This document shows positions 31,667 through 41,186 of a DNA stretch of 64,000 nucleotides, piece after piece (the stretch's first letter is position 1; every line of letters starts with the position of its first letter). Made by a program: the position numbers and the translations under genes. The notes beneath the pieces are model-generated. The model saw only the letters and a list, made by a program, of their open reading frames with translations, did not search any database and was not told the DNA's origin. The stretch is from Candidatus Latescibacterota bacterium (lineage in GTDB: Bacteria > Latescibacterota > CBDEFO01). The stretch spans positions 384,001 through 448,000 of the forward strand of contig CBDEFO010000006.1 of NCBI GenBank assembly GCA_965237525.1. The letters run 5' to 3'.

Positions 31667-32554
31667 CTATTCTCCCAAATATTCAAAGCAGCTTTTGGGC
31701 GTTTCCCAGAGCCTGATCTTATAGAGCGAACCCCGGGGCATCTGCTCATTTAACAGATCCCATATAACCATAACCACGTTCTCGGACGTCGGGTTCAAAT
31801 CCTTGAACTCTGCCACGTCCATATTCAGATGCTTGTGGTCGAGCCTTTTTATTATCCTGTCCTCGACCACGCTGTCTACATAGCCCAGATCTACTGCCAT
31901 TCCCGTTTTGGGGTCTATCTCTCCCTTAACGAGAACCTCCAAGCGGTAGTTGTGCCCGTGACCGTTGGGGTTGTTGCATTTTCCGAACAACTCTTTGTTC
32001 TCCTCGTCGCTCAACTTTTGACTGTGGAGCCTGTGAGCCGCGCAAAAATCGAAGATCCTCGTAAGGTATACCATCTTGTTCTCACTTCCGTAGTATTCTG
32101 AAAGCAGGTTCTCCTCCTCCTCCACTCTGACCTTGAATAGCTTGCACGTTTCTATCTTTTCCTCCAACCGATCCCATAGATATATGGCTAGGTTCTCTGT
32201 GGTGGGGTTTTTATCTTTGAAATACGGATGGTCCTCGTTTATGAACTTGTGATCCAGTTCGCTGTTTATAACGCTCTTCATTATGTCGTCCAGGCCCTTG
32301 ATATCCATCACCATCCCGGTTGAAGGCTCTACCTTCCCTGCCACCGTGGCCTCACAGACGTAGTTGTGCCCGTGTCCGTGGGGATTGTAGCACTTGCCGA
32401 AAAGTCTCAGGTTTTCCTCCTTTGAAAGGTCCGGGTCACAGTAGCGGTGCGACGCCTCAAATGCCACTGTGCGGGATAAAAATACCGTATCTTTTTCCCC
32501 AGAAAGTTCTCCGTTGCGTTCCAAAACTTGTGGGGAGTCCCGTTCGCTCATCAT
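31667..32554 (-). CDS. Tandem-domain 6-pyruvoyl-tetrahydropterin synthase family protein
   Basis: Two T-fold domains: FEASHR..CYNPHGHGHNY..TTENL and FCAAHRL..CNNPNGHGHNY..TSEN..WETP. Confidence 0.92.
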   Translation of the reverse strand: MMSERDSPQVLERNGELSGEKDTVFLSRTVAFEASHRYCDPDLSKEENLRLFGKCYNPHGHGHNYVCEATVAGKVEPSTGMVMDIKGLDDIMKSVINSELDHKFINEDHPYFKDKNPTTENLAIYLWDRLEEKIETCKLFKVRVEEEENLLSEYYGSENKMVYLTRIFDFCAAHRLHSQKLSDEENKELFGKCNNPNGHGHNYRLEVLVKGEIDPKTGMAVDLGYVDSVVEDRIIKRLDHKHLNMDVAEFKDLNPTSENVVMVIWDLLNEQMPRGSLYKIRLWETPKSCFEYLGE

Positions 32555-33486
32555 TCTCTCCTGTAGGGTCTGGCTAAGGCAGCAGGCGCTGTGGAGCGTC
32601 CCACGAATCCCGCTAAAACCAACAGTGTAAGGATGTAGGGCAACATCAAAAAGAACTGGTAGGGGACATCCAGTCCCAAGGCCTGAAACTGAAACTGAAG
32701 GGCGTTGGCGGCTCCGAAAAAGAGCGCCGCTCCTAACGCCCCCCACGGATGCCACTTTCCGAATATGACGATAGCTAACGCTATAAATCCTCTCCCTGCG
32801 GACATCCCCTCAATGAACGTGTTTGAATACGCCAGCGAAAGATAACTCCCCGCACAGCCCGCCGCAAATCCGCTTATAAGGATGCATATATAGCGCATCT
32901 TCACCACGTCTATGCCCGATGTGTCCGCCGCCTGTGGATGCTCTCCAACCGCTCTGATGTGAAGCCCCACCCTCGTCCTAAATAGTATAAACGCAGCTAT
33001 CGGTACAGACACGAAGGCCATATAGACAAGCAGGTTGTGCTGGAAGAATACCGGTCCGAAAAAGGGTATGTCCTTTATGAAGGGAATTTTTTCTGTCTGG
33101 AACGTCTCCACCATCAGTGCCGCGCCCGTAACGCCGAACATCGCTCTGTACAGGACTCCCGTTATCCCTAAGGCGAATATATTGACTGCCGTCCCGACCA
33201 CGACCTGATCTGCGCCGAGTGAGATGGACAAAAGGGAGAATATAAGGGCTAAGGCCACACCTCCTAAAGATCCTACGATAAGGCCGACCCAGGGATTACC
33301 TGTACAATATGAGCCGACCATCCCGAAGAAGGCACCAGATAGCATCATCCCCTCAAGCCCGATGTTTATGACACCTGAGCGTTCTGCAAATATCTCCCCA
33401 ACTGACGTCATCAACAGGGGAACGGACATCGTGACCGCTGACCTCGAAAAGCTCGTAAAGATTAGGTATAGACTTCCTAACTCCAA
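32551..33486 (-). CDS. Nucleoside/sugar ABC transporter permease (partners not adjacent)
   Basis: ERSGVINIGLEG, RAVGEHP, GRGFIALA. Confidence 0.92.
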   Translation of the reverse strand: MELGSLYLIFTSFSRSAVTMSVPLLMTSVGEIFAERSGVINIGLEGMMLSGAFFGMVGSYCTGNPWVGLIVGSLGGVALALIFSLLSISLGADQVVVGTAVNIFALGITGVLYRAMFGVTGAALMVETFQTEKIPFIKDIPFFGPVFFQHNLLVYMAFVSVPIAAFILFRTRVGLHIRAVGEHPQAADTSGIDVVKMRYICILISGFAAGCAGSYLSLAYSNTFIEGMSAGRGFIALAIVIFGKWHPWGALGAALFFGAANALQFQFQALGLDVPYQFFLMLPYILTLLVLAGFVGRSTAPAALARPYRRE

Positions 33487-33576
33487 GTTATTTCCTCTTT
33501 TCAAGCAGACAGCCAACACGGGAAGGCAGGGATACCTACATACTGTCTATTTGCCTTGTCTTATACGTAACGTGGG

Positions 33577-33945
33577 TTACTCGATAAAGATAATTGCCTT
33601 TGCTTCCCCTCTTTTCCAGTCCCTGGTCTTGTGTTCAGCAGAAGTGATCTTCACATCGACAATAGCGTCGGCCCCGTTCTTTCTGGCCACCTCCTTTAAG
33701 AGTTGAACTATCTCTTCAGGTCTGACCAGATCCCAGTGAGATTCGGAATCGGCTTCTTTTTCAGCGTATACCATCCCAATCATCTCAAATTCTTCCGTGG
33801 GAAGATCACCCTCAAAGAAGACCAAGACATCGTATTCCTCAGGCTTCGAAGGATATTCTTCACGTCCGCTCCTGACAAAGTCGGTGAGCGTTGCACCGCA
33901 TCCGCACAATAAGAATAGGCAGAACGCTGCAAGAAATTTTGGCAT
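33577..33945 (-). CDS. Small lipoprotein (YbjQ-like C-terminus)
   Basis: Lipobox LCGC; ARKNGADAIV; start re-assigned to MPKF. Confidence 0.75.
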   Translation of the reverse strand: MPKFLAAFCLFLLCGCGATLTDFVRSGREEYPSKPEEYDVLVFFEGDLPTEEFEMIGMVYAEKEADSESHWDLVRPEEIVQLLKEVARKNGADAIVDVKITSAEHKTRDWKRGEAKAIIFIE

Positions 33946-34103
33946 GTCTTTTCTCTTTCCTAAGTCAGCACAAACCATCTCTGTTATCTGAAATTCTTCC
34001 GCGGGACGATCATCCTCAAAGAAGACCAAGACATCGTATTCCTTAGGGTATTCCTCAAGCTTCGGAAGATATTCCCGCAGGAGATCACCGCCGGTTTACG
34101 ATG

Positions 34104-34985
34104 CTAGGCATCACCGTGCGCAGTCGCGCGTACCACCTCGGGGAACCATTCGTCGAAGGGCGTGAAGTGAAATCCCTCACGCTCCGTCTTGGCCATATCC
34201 AGCGTCCAATCGTCCTCGGAGTACCAATAAGGCGAATGGTCCAGCTTCCTGCCGCGCGGGACTAACTTCGGCGCCTGTCCCAAAACCTGCGCAATCCGTT
34301 CGACCATCTCGGCAGCATCTAAAGCATAGGTGGACGCACCGTTATAGGGACCGACGCGACCCGTAAGCCCCAGCCATACCAGAAACCGGCCGGCGTCGTT
34401 GGCTTCGACGTAGGTCAGCCGCCCGCACGGCCTGCGTACCACGATCGGCTTCCGCTGCATCACCCGCTCGACGTGGAACTGGACCCGAGCCGTGGGGTCA
34501 TCTGGTCCCAGAACGATGGGGAATCGTGCCGCCGCAACCGGGAACGACGCGTGTTGAAAGAGATACGCTTCTGCCCGTTTTTTGCCCTCGGAATAGCCCA
34601 GTTTCGTCTTGCGTCCACTTCCCGGTGAGATAGACATAGGATCGAAAGCCTCTTCTATCAGACGCGAACCTGGAAAGGCATATACCGCATTGCTGGAGGT
34701 AAAGACGTAGTGACCAATCTTGCCCGCAAAGACACGGCAGGCATCTGCCACGTCGTCCGGCGCAAAGCCGATCTGGTCAAAGACCGTGTCGTAGCGTGAA
34801 GCCGAAAACACCGCCTCCATGCTGGAAAGGCTGGTTCGGTCGAAACGCAGCCGCGCGACTCGATCTCCAAAAGAGTCAGGTGTGCGTCCGCGGGTGGCGA
34901 TCGTCACCTGACACCCTTCGTCCAGCAGATGCGTGACAAGCCTTTTGCCAAAGAACGTGGTGCCACCCATGATCAAGACATTCAT
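34104..34985 (-). CDS. NAD-dependent epimerase/dehydratase
   Basis: GGTTFFG, TSSNAVY, YSEGK. Confidence 0.88.
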   Translation of the reverse strand: MNVLIMGGTTFFGKRLVTHLLDEGCQVTIATRGRTPDSFGDRVARLRFDRTSLSSMEAVFSASRYDTVFDQIGFAPDDVADACRVFAGKIGHYVFTSSNAVYAFPGSRLIEEAFDPMSISPGSGRKTKLGYSEGKKRAEAYLFQHASFPVAAARFPIVLGPDDPTARVQFHVERVMQRKPIVVRRPCGRLTYVEANDAGRFLVWLGLTGRVGPYNGASTYALDAAEMVERIAQVLGQAPKLVPRGRKLDHSPYWYSEDDWTLDMAKTEREGFHFTPFDEWFPEVVRATAHGDA

Positions 34986-35230
34986 TCGGCTACTGCACCT
35001 CACTCATCTGAGGCCACCATCGAGTGCGACAGCATCCTGAGGTCACGCGTTGGCTCCGCAGCGGGGATGCGCAGCCCGCCTCGCTTTTGACAAAGTGCGT
35101 TAGTGTTGCATCGGATCCGCAAAGTGCACCGAGGAATAGCACTGCAGAAAAGTTGGGCACGTCTCTTCTCTCTCCTGATGAAAGTCCGTGAAGTATACTT
35201 GTCTGCGCCAGAATTCCCAATTGTGTAATA

Positions 35231-36388
35231 TCAATGCCGACTATCGATCAGTCTCTTAATAGCTTTGTTCTTTTCGCTAACTGCAATACGGCTCTTGTTC
35301 ACTACCTCTTTCATTATAGAAATAGTCTTATCGTAGGTCGTGCAGTCAACTGGATACGGAGTGGCATCTTTGCCGCCGTGAGCAAAGGAGTAGCGGGCCG
35401 GGTCTTCATACGAGGGCACCGCGCCGTAAAGAATCTCTGCCACCAGCGCAAGAGCCCGCACTGTTTTAGGACCGACGCCGCGGGTGGCTAGCAACTGCTC
35501 GTAATTTTCAGGCACCTTGTCGCAAAGTTTGGCCAATATTTTCTCCAGATACTTGCTTTTGGCGAAATCCTCGTATATAACGGGATGAAATTTAAATTCT
35601 CTATTTTCTAAGTTTAGCAGACTTATTTCTTCGTCTTCGAATCGAAGCGCAACCATTTGGCTTAAAGGCGAGGAGTGCTTACGGATGATCTCTATTTCCT
35701 TCATCAGTGGTCGGTAACCTTCGCCGATGACCTTGACGCTCGTTTCGCGCGTATCGGTGCTCTTCCTAGCGGTCAAATTGAGCGTCATCTGTCGCCCTTT
35801 TTGTGAAACGATGCCGACGTGCGGTTCACAGACCAGATCTTTGATATTCTCCGAAAACCAGTGGTAGCGTCTGGCTGTGGCGTTGGCTTCGTTCATGCCC
35901 TGCTGCACAACTGCCCAGGAACCGTTTCGTGAAAAGAAGAAGCTGTGATGATAGATTTGATAATCGTCTTGCACCAGTGAGCTGTCTACTTTGGCGCTCA
36001 TGCGGGAATTATAGACCAGGTTTTCTATATGCGGATCGGGCAAGCTTAATCTCTCTCCCCAGGATTGGATTTCGTCTGGGGTTTTTCGTGAGGTTCTGCC
36101 CTTGCCGCCGCAGATGAAGATGCCCAGGTCGCGCTCCTGCCCGCGAATTGCTTCTTTGAGCGAGGCGGTCAGAATTGTTGTCAGGCCCGAGGCATTCCAA
36201 TCGAAAGCCAGCACCGTTCCCAGCGATTGAAACCAGACCGGGTCTGCGATGCGTTTGACAAATTCATCCGGTCCGTGCTCAATTACAATCACCCGCGCCA
36301 TCTCCCGCCCTAACTTAACCATGCGTTCAAACAACCAGCGCGGACAGCGGCCGGTGTCCAGCGTAAATGTGGCGATGCCTCGTTTCAT
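35231..36388 (-). CDS. DUF763 domain protein
   Basis: PRWLFERM, DWNASGLTT, GGKG, VQQGMN, GVGPKTVRAL, DPARYSFAHGGKD. Confidence 0.9.
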   Translation of the reverse strand: MKRGIATFTLDTGRCPRWLFERMVKLGREMARVIVIEHGPDEFVKRIADPVWFQSLGTVLAFDWNASGLTTILTASLKEAIRGQERDLGIFICGGKGRTSRKTPDEIQSWGERLSLPDPHIENLVYNSRMSAKVDSSLVQDDYQIYHHSFFFSRNGSWAVVQQGMNEANATARRYHWFSENIKDLVCEPHVGIVSQKGRQMTLNLTARKSTDTRETSVKVIGEGYRPLMKEIEIIRKHSSPLSQMVALRFEDEEISLLNLENREFKFHPVIYEDFAKSKYLEKILAKLCDKVPENYEQLLATRGVGPKTVRALALVAEILYGAVPSYEDPARYSFAHGGKDATPYPVDCTTYDKTISIMKEVVNKSRIAVSEKNKAIKRLIDSRH

Positions 36389-36444
36389 GGTTTTATATTG
36401 TCAGCGTTGAGCGCGACCGATACTTTGAAAGAAATGTTCTCTTC

Positions 36445-36530
36445 AAATGATCCAGTTTTCAATTCTTAGCCTTTGACTTCTAAGAAAATCAGTATCGGCT
36501 GAGCAAAGAGTAATGATGTTTGTATGAGTG
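36445..36530 (-). pseudogene. Internally deleted vapC (PIN) remnant, copy 2
   Basis: Reads HTNIITLCSADTDFLRSQRLRIENWII*; homologous to 38334-38447. Confidence 0.65.
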
Positions 36531-36552
36531 TTGCATTCCCTGAAGCAAATGA

Positions 36553-37666
36553 TCAGGTAGTGAGTAGTCTTGTCAGTTCTGGCAAGATATCGTCAGCGAG
36601 ACCCTCGACAAACCAGTCTTGTGCATGCATGAAGCCCGGCCTTTCTGGATCTATGACGGCGATTTGGAGACCATTGTCTCGGGCATAATCCAGCAGACCG
36701 TTATCTGCATCCATCGACACGCCTGTAACCAAGGCTACCTGACCTTCCCGAATCCAAGCCCGTCCCTCATCTGAGCCCTTAAAGTACTTAGGTTCGTTGA
36801 TATGCACTTTTTTGCTGCCGGCCCGTTCGTGCAGCATGTCAAAGTTGCCCGTAATGATGTGTTTCAGTATCCCGTGTTGCTCCAACTTTGCGAAAGCTCC
36901 GTGAGCCTGGGTGGGACAAGCTGTCATGAAACGGGTATAGAACCTTCCAAGTACTAAAGCCGTCTCACGAGGTCGGTGTATCATCCAATCAGCAACGGCA
37001 CCAGGAAAACGGTAAATGTCAATAGGAAATTGCTCCTGCAGCCCGCCTTTCCCTTCGAACGTGGGAATGCCTGAGGAAGCCGATACGCCGGCACCTGTGA
37101 ACGCGACCATGGCCTTAACCTCGAGTGCGCTGTGCAAGTTCTACCACATCAACAACCTCAGCCTGCTCAGGGGCTTGCTCTGGATTTACAGGATAGTAAC
37201 CCCCTGGCGTTTGCTTCACAGACTTCTGACGGGCACGCTCAGAGCGGAGTTCAAAGTTATCATTGAAATAAGGCTCTCTAAATAAGGTAGGATCGTCGTG
37301 TGAGAGCAACAGATGCGTTGCAACCGTTCCATCACGCGTTGGTTCCGAAAAAAACTCCAACCTAAACTCCTCCCAGGCTGCATCGATCCGGTTTTCCTGG
37401 CGCAGTGTGGCAGACCACCGGTTGCCCATCATAGTCTGTCGCAGGCCACTAATCTCTGCAATCATCTCGTCCTCTTCGTGTTCACAGGAATGAGCTACCA
37501 GAAGGTTTGCCAAGTCAACCTGCCCATCGCTAGAAATATCAAACTCACCGTAGAATCCGAAAAAACCCGATGGTCCTCCAAAGTTGAAATCCATTCCATA
37601 AAAACCGCCTGTTTTTCTTTGATACCACTCCAGCTGTTCGGTGGTTATTTGAGTCAGCCAAATCAT
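36553..37666 (-). pseudogene. Sir2-family protein with N-terminal extension, +1 frameshift near 37117
   Basis: FTGAGVSASSGIPTF, GNFDMLHERAG; removing one T in GGT-TAA-GGC-C joins the two ORFs. Confidence 0.75.
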
Positions 37667-37692
37667 ATGTCCTCAATTCCTTTTCCCATGTC

Positions 37693-37784
37693 CTCTAACG
37701 TCTCGTCCATCCACGAACGGCCGAAGGCCGCTGCCCCCAAGGGTCAAGGAGCGAAGGGACGCAGCGTGGATGGTGCTGTTAGAC
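37693..37784 (-). other. attC-like site (92 bp)
   Basis: GTCTAAC-agca-CCATCCACG...CGTGGATGG-acgagac-GTTAGAG, then RBS and ATG of the Sir2-like gene. Confidence 0.7.
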
Positions 37785-37890
37785 GTCGTGGCTCCAGAAT
37801 CATCGGTCAACTTCGCGCCACCGGTCAATCCGTTGACCCTTGGGGGGACCGGTGGATGGGCAAGATCAAGATACTCTGTCCAATCAAAAC

Positions 37891-38256
37891 TCACAGAAAC
37901 TCCACATCAATACAAAGATCGCCCTTCGACCTATCCATAGCGTCTAACCACCATTCATCATCTAATAGATCCAACTTATCCAGGGCGTCATCTGGCTGAA
38001 GATTTGTACCGATGAAGATGAACAACTCGCGATCATCGGCTGCTTCGGGATCAGTTACGACTTGAAGAAACACCTGTTGATTTGATCGAAAGTGTTGCTC
38101 GATATGGCTGGAAGCTTCGAACAATAGCGGGACAAGAAACGAATGAGCCTGTAGAAAAGAGGACACCTGTTGTGGGTTTCGGAAGGTATAACGTTGCTGA
38201 AGTGTTCTGATGTTTTTCTCCTCTACAACCGGTGGATTTTTATATTTTCTGCTCAT
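37891..38256 (-). CDS. Chimeric hypothetical protein (TIGR04255-like start fused to downstream gene), followed by a ~13-codon HEPN-like start MSFDWTEYLDLAH
   Basis: MSRKYKNPP start shared with 38444-38641; VTDPE...DEWWLD C-terminus; ATGA overlap at 37891-37894. Confidence 0.55.
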   Translation of the reverse strand: MSRKYKNPPVVEEKNIRTLQQRYTFRNPQQVSSFLQAHSFLVPLLFEASSHIEQHFRSNQQVFLQVVTDPEAADDRELFIFIGTNLQPDDALDKLDLLDDEWWLDAMDRSKGDLCIDVEFL

Positions 38257-38333
38257 TTTACACCTGTCTATTCGTCAGATCTATCCTCTGTAACCTCGGA
38301 TTGTGCGTTATCCCCGGAATTCTCCCGGTCTCC

Positions 38334-38447
38334 TCAAATCAGCCAGTTTTCAATTCTTAGCCCTTGAATTCTATGAAAATCAGTGTCAGCATCTTCATTC
38401 TCTTTTACGATCGCTGTAATGATATTTGTATCGAGTACATAGTTCAT
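38334..38447 (-). pseudogene. Internally deleted vapC (PIN) toxin, 37 aa
   Basis: MNYVLDTNIITAIVKENE joined to DADTDFHRIQGLRIENWLI*; ATGA overlap with upstream ORF. Confidence 0.8.
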
Positions 38448-38641
38448 CCGAAAAGAGGCCTTCTTTTTATCGCTTCTTTGAAGATTTTCATCTGTTCAGG
38501 GGTTAAATCACTCAAGAGTCCCGACAAAGACTTCAGAGCATCGATCCTCTCTTTAATCTTCTCCGGATCCTGTACTTTTGATGCTTGGATAGGTTCGACT
38601 GCTTCTGTAGGAATCGGTGGATTTTTATATTTTCTGCTCAT
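38444..38641 (-). CDS. Putative antitoxin, chimeric N-terminus
   Basis: 65 aa, translationally coupled to the PIN remnant. Confidence 0.55.
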   Translation of the reverse strand: MSRKYKNPPIPTEAVEPIQASKVQDPEKIKERIDALKSLSGLLSDLTPEQMKIFKEAIKRRPLFG

Positions 38642-38692
38642 TTTACGCCTCCCGTCCGCTCAAATAGATGAGCAGTGTGGCAGCGCACCCTT

Positions 38693-39700
38693 TTACACCT
38701 GCCTATTTGTCAGATCTATCTTTTCTAACCTCGGATTGTGCGTTATCCCCGGAATTCTTCCCCTTTTGGCGATCGGCTTTCCGTTTACTTCCTTAATATC
38801 CCCCGTGAAATCTATAGGATTAGGTCCGCTTATGGCGCTCCCTACTCCGAATGAGTCCACTGGTGCGTCGCTCTCTACGAATTGCCTTATCCTCTCCACA
38901 TCGAGTCCTCCGCTCACCACGATCTTCACCTGGCCATGTCCAGCGCGGTCGAGGCGAACCCTTACCTCTTTGACCAAATCAGGGGTCACTCCCCCTCTTT
39001 CTGCTGGCGTGTCGAGCCTGACGCCCCAGAGTCTTTCGCCCAAAGCATCAGCTACCCTTATGCTCTCTTCTGCCTCATCCTTGAACGTATCCACCAAGGC
39101 TATCCTCCTGATCTCCATCGGCATATGTCTGTCGAATGCTTTTAAGGCTTTGAGTGTATCCCCGAAGATCAGGATCACTGCGTGAGGGATTGTTCCCTGT
39201 GCCTTCCGTCCTGCTAACGCCGATCCCGCAGGTGTGGCGCACCCTGAACAGCCTCCGACTATGGCCGCATATTCCAACCTGTGCGATATATCGGGATGAA
39301 CGTGCCGTGCGCCGAAGCTTATAATTGGGATGCCCGCTGCTGCTTCTACGCAATCTCTTGCAGCCGTCGCCCATCCACTTTCGCTTGCCAATATTCCCAG
39401 AAGCGCTGTCTCATAGATGCCGAAAGCGCTGTACGGAGCCGTGATCCTCAGGACGATCTCCTTTGACTCCATCATCTCCCCCTGGTTCAATGACCAGATA
39501 TTGGAACCTTCGGGGAGTACTTCTGCCAGAATATCGAGCACTTCCTCTATCCCGCATAGGAGTCCCACCCTGCTCGGGAATATCTCCATCGTCACGTCTG
39601 CGTCTATGCCCTCAGCCTTCAATATCTTCTGTGCGTGAGAAAAATAGACATCCGCCCTGTCCTGTGAAAGGGCGGAGTGAAAGAGCACGTCCTTACCCAT
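38693..39700 (-). CDS. pncB: Nicotinate phosphoribosyltransferase
   Basis: DVYF, SFGARH, GTIPHA, LVDTF, GVRLDTP, SGGL, FGVG. Confidence 0.9.
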   Translation of the reverse strand: MGKDVLFHSALSQDRADVYFSHAQKILKAEGIDADVTMEIFPSRVGLLCGIEEVLDILAEVLPEGSNIWSLNQGEMMESKEIVLRITAPYSAFGIYETALLGILASESGWATAARDCVEAAAGIPIISFGARHVHPDISHRLEYAAIVGGCSGCATPAGSALAGRKAQGTIPHAVILIFGDTLKALKAFDRHMPMEIRRIALVDTFKDEAEESIRVADALGERLWGVRLDTPAERGGVTPDLVKEVRVRLDRAGHGQVKIVVSGGLDVERIRQFVESDAPVDSFGVGSAISGPNPIDFTGDIKEVNGKPIAKRGRIPGITHNPRLEKIDLTNRQV

Positions 39701-39713
39701 CCGTGTCCCTGAT

Positions 39714-40238
39714 CTATTCAACTGTCACAAGCTGTGCCCCTAATATCTTCTCTATGTGATCGAGGGCAAACTTGTGTGCAGTATCGTCGAATGTAGCAAC
39801 GCAGTTCTTATAGACTACTACCGGATAGTCCCTGTTTCTGGCGTCTGCTACCGTGTGAAGAACGCAAATATCTGTGCAGACCCCGCAGACCGAGATCCTG
39901 TCAGGATTTAGCTTTTTGAGCCTATCTGAAAGGTCTGTCCCGTAAAATCCGCTGTATCTGGACTTTTCTAACCTCTCTGCCGGATAAGTTGAAAGCTCAG
40001 GGATTATGTCGCACTCAGAGGTCCCTCTCACGCAGTGCACCGGGAACATCTGAAATTCCTTGTCGTCGGGGTCGTGGGTATCTATTAAGAAAATCACCTT
40101 CGATCCCCTGCTCAGTTCCTTATCTAAAAGCTTCTGGACGTTGGGTATGGTCTGTCTTGCTGTAGGTCCACAGTAGAGAGGATTCCCCTCCTGGCAAAAG
40201 CCCCTGAGCATATCCACAACTAACACTGCGTCAGCCAT
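39714..40238 (-). CDS. pncA: Nicotinamidase / isochorismatase-family cysteine hydrolase
   Basis: VVDM, DTH, FPVHC, KSRYSGF, GVCTDICV; adjacent to pncB. Confidence 0.85.
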   Translation of the reverse strand: MADAVLVVDMLRGFCQEGNPLYCGPTARQTIPNVQKLLDKELSRGSKVIFLIDTHDPDDKEFQMFPVHCVRGTSECDIIPELSTYPAERLEKSRYSGFYGTDLSDRLKKLNPDRISVCGVCTDICVLHTVADARNRDYPVVVYKNCVATFDDTAHKFALDHIEKILGAQLVTVE

Positions 40239-40307
40239 GACTGACCGCTCCTCTCTTTCCTTCCAGCACGAAGTAAACTGGGAAAGGTGCCACCTACCTA
40301 CTTTTTA

Positions 40308-41186
40308 CTACTCATCGAACAAAAAGGTAGACTCAGCGTAGAATCTGACCTGTCTACTGGCGTTCTTTTTCCTTATATACTCTCCAAGCCAGAGGTTCTT
40401 TTCGTCTAAAGTCTTTGAGTCGAAGAAGATATCAAGGCTCAAGTTGACTCTTAAGGCACGTCGGGGGATCACGTGCCTGGTTATGCCAGTGGGGAGCTTG
40501 ATGTCATTTGTGGCAAGGCTCGCTATTTCTCCCTTGGTATATTGTGGAAAGACTACAACAGCGGTGGGATTGTCGTAGTCCTCCTTTAACGTCTCTATCC
40601 TGTCTGTCCTGACTCTGTATATCGGCGCTTTTCCTTTGTAGGTGCTCACCATCTTGTTCAGGGAGGCTATTTGAGATTCTAAATCGTCCCCACCCTCAAA
40701 CGCAAAGGTGCCGTTGTCCTTGAAATCGGCGTAGCTAATGATCCGTCTTTCCTTCAAAAGAGTCTCAGCCTCTTCGTGTTCGGTGCTGTACATCTCTATT
40801 CCGTAGATTTCATTTATCTTTTGAAAAAGGTCGGTTTCTGTCCGATCTACCACAAGATGATACCATGTCGAAAGCTCAATCTCAGGATCGAAGTAACCCA
40901 CGATCTGAACCAGAGCATCGCGGCAGTTCATCTCTTTCAGGGCCGTGATCCTGTTGGCGCCGTCCAGCACCATATAGAGTTCACTTTCCAGCTTTGCCAC
41001 AATGGGTGGATTGCGAAGGATCTTATCTTGTCCTAATCTTTGTAGGAGTCCATCTACTCTGTAGGGATCTGCGTCCTCGTGAAGCAAGACCTTGTTCAAC
41101 GGGACAATCTCTAAATGTGGGAGATTCTGGCTGTGTGAAATTGGATCTTTTTTGCTTGCCCTTTTCAAATCCTGCGCGGTGAGCAT
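40308..41186 (-). CDS. ParB/Srx-fold protein, SbnI/SerK-like
   Basis: LLHE, LRNPPIV, YMVLDGANR, LPTGITRH. Confidence 0.75.
   Translation of the reverse strand: MLTAQDLKRASKKDPISHSQNLPHLEIVPLNKVLLHEDADPYRVDGLLQRLGQDKILRNPPIVAKLESELYMVLDGANRITALKEMNCRDALVQIVGYFDPEIELSTWYHLVVDRTETDLFQKINEIYGIEMYSTEHEEAETLLKERRIISYADFKDNGTFAFEGGDDLESQIASLNKMVSTYKGKAPIYRVRTDRIETLKEDYDNPTAVVVFPQYTKGEIASLATNDIKLPTGITRHVIPRRALRVNLSLDIFFDSKTLDEKNLWLGEYIRKKNASRQVRFYAESTFLFDE

Noticed and set aside
37100..37130. Programmed frameshift in the Sir2-like gene
   Set aside because: No slippery sequence; a one-base insertion or sequencing error is simpler
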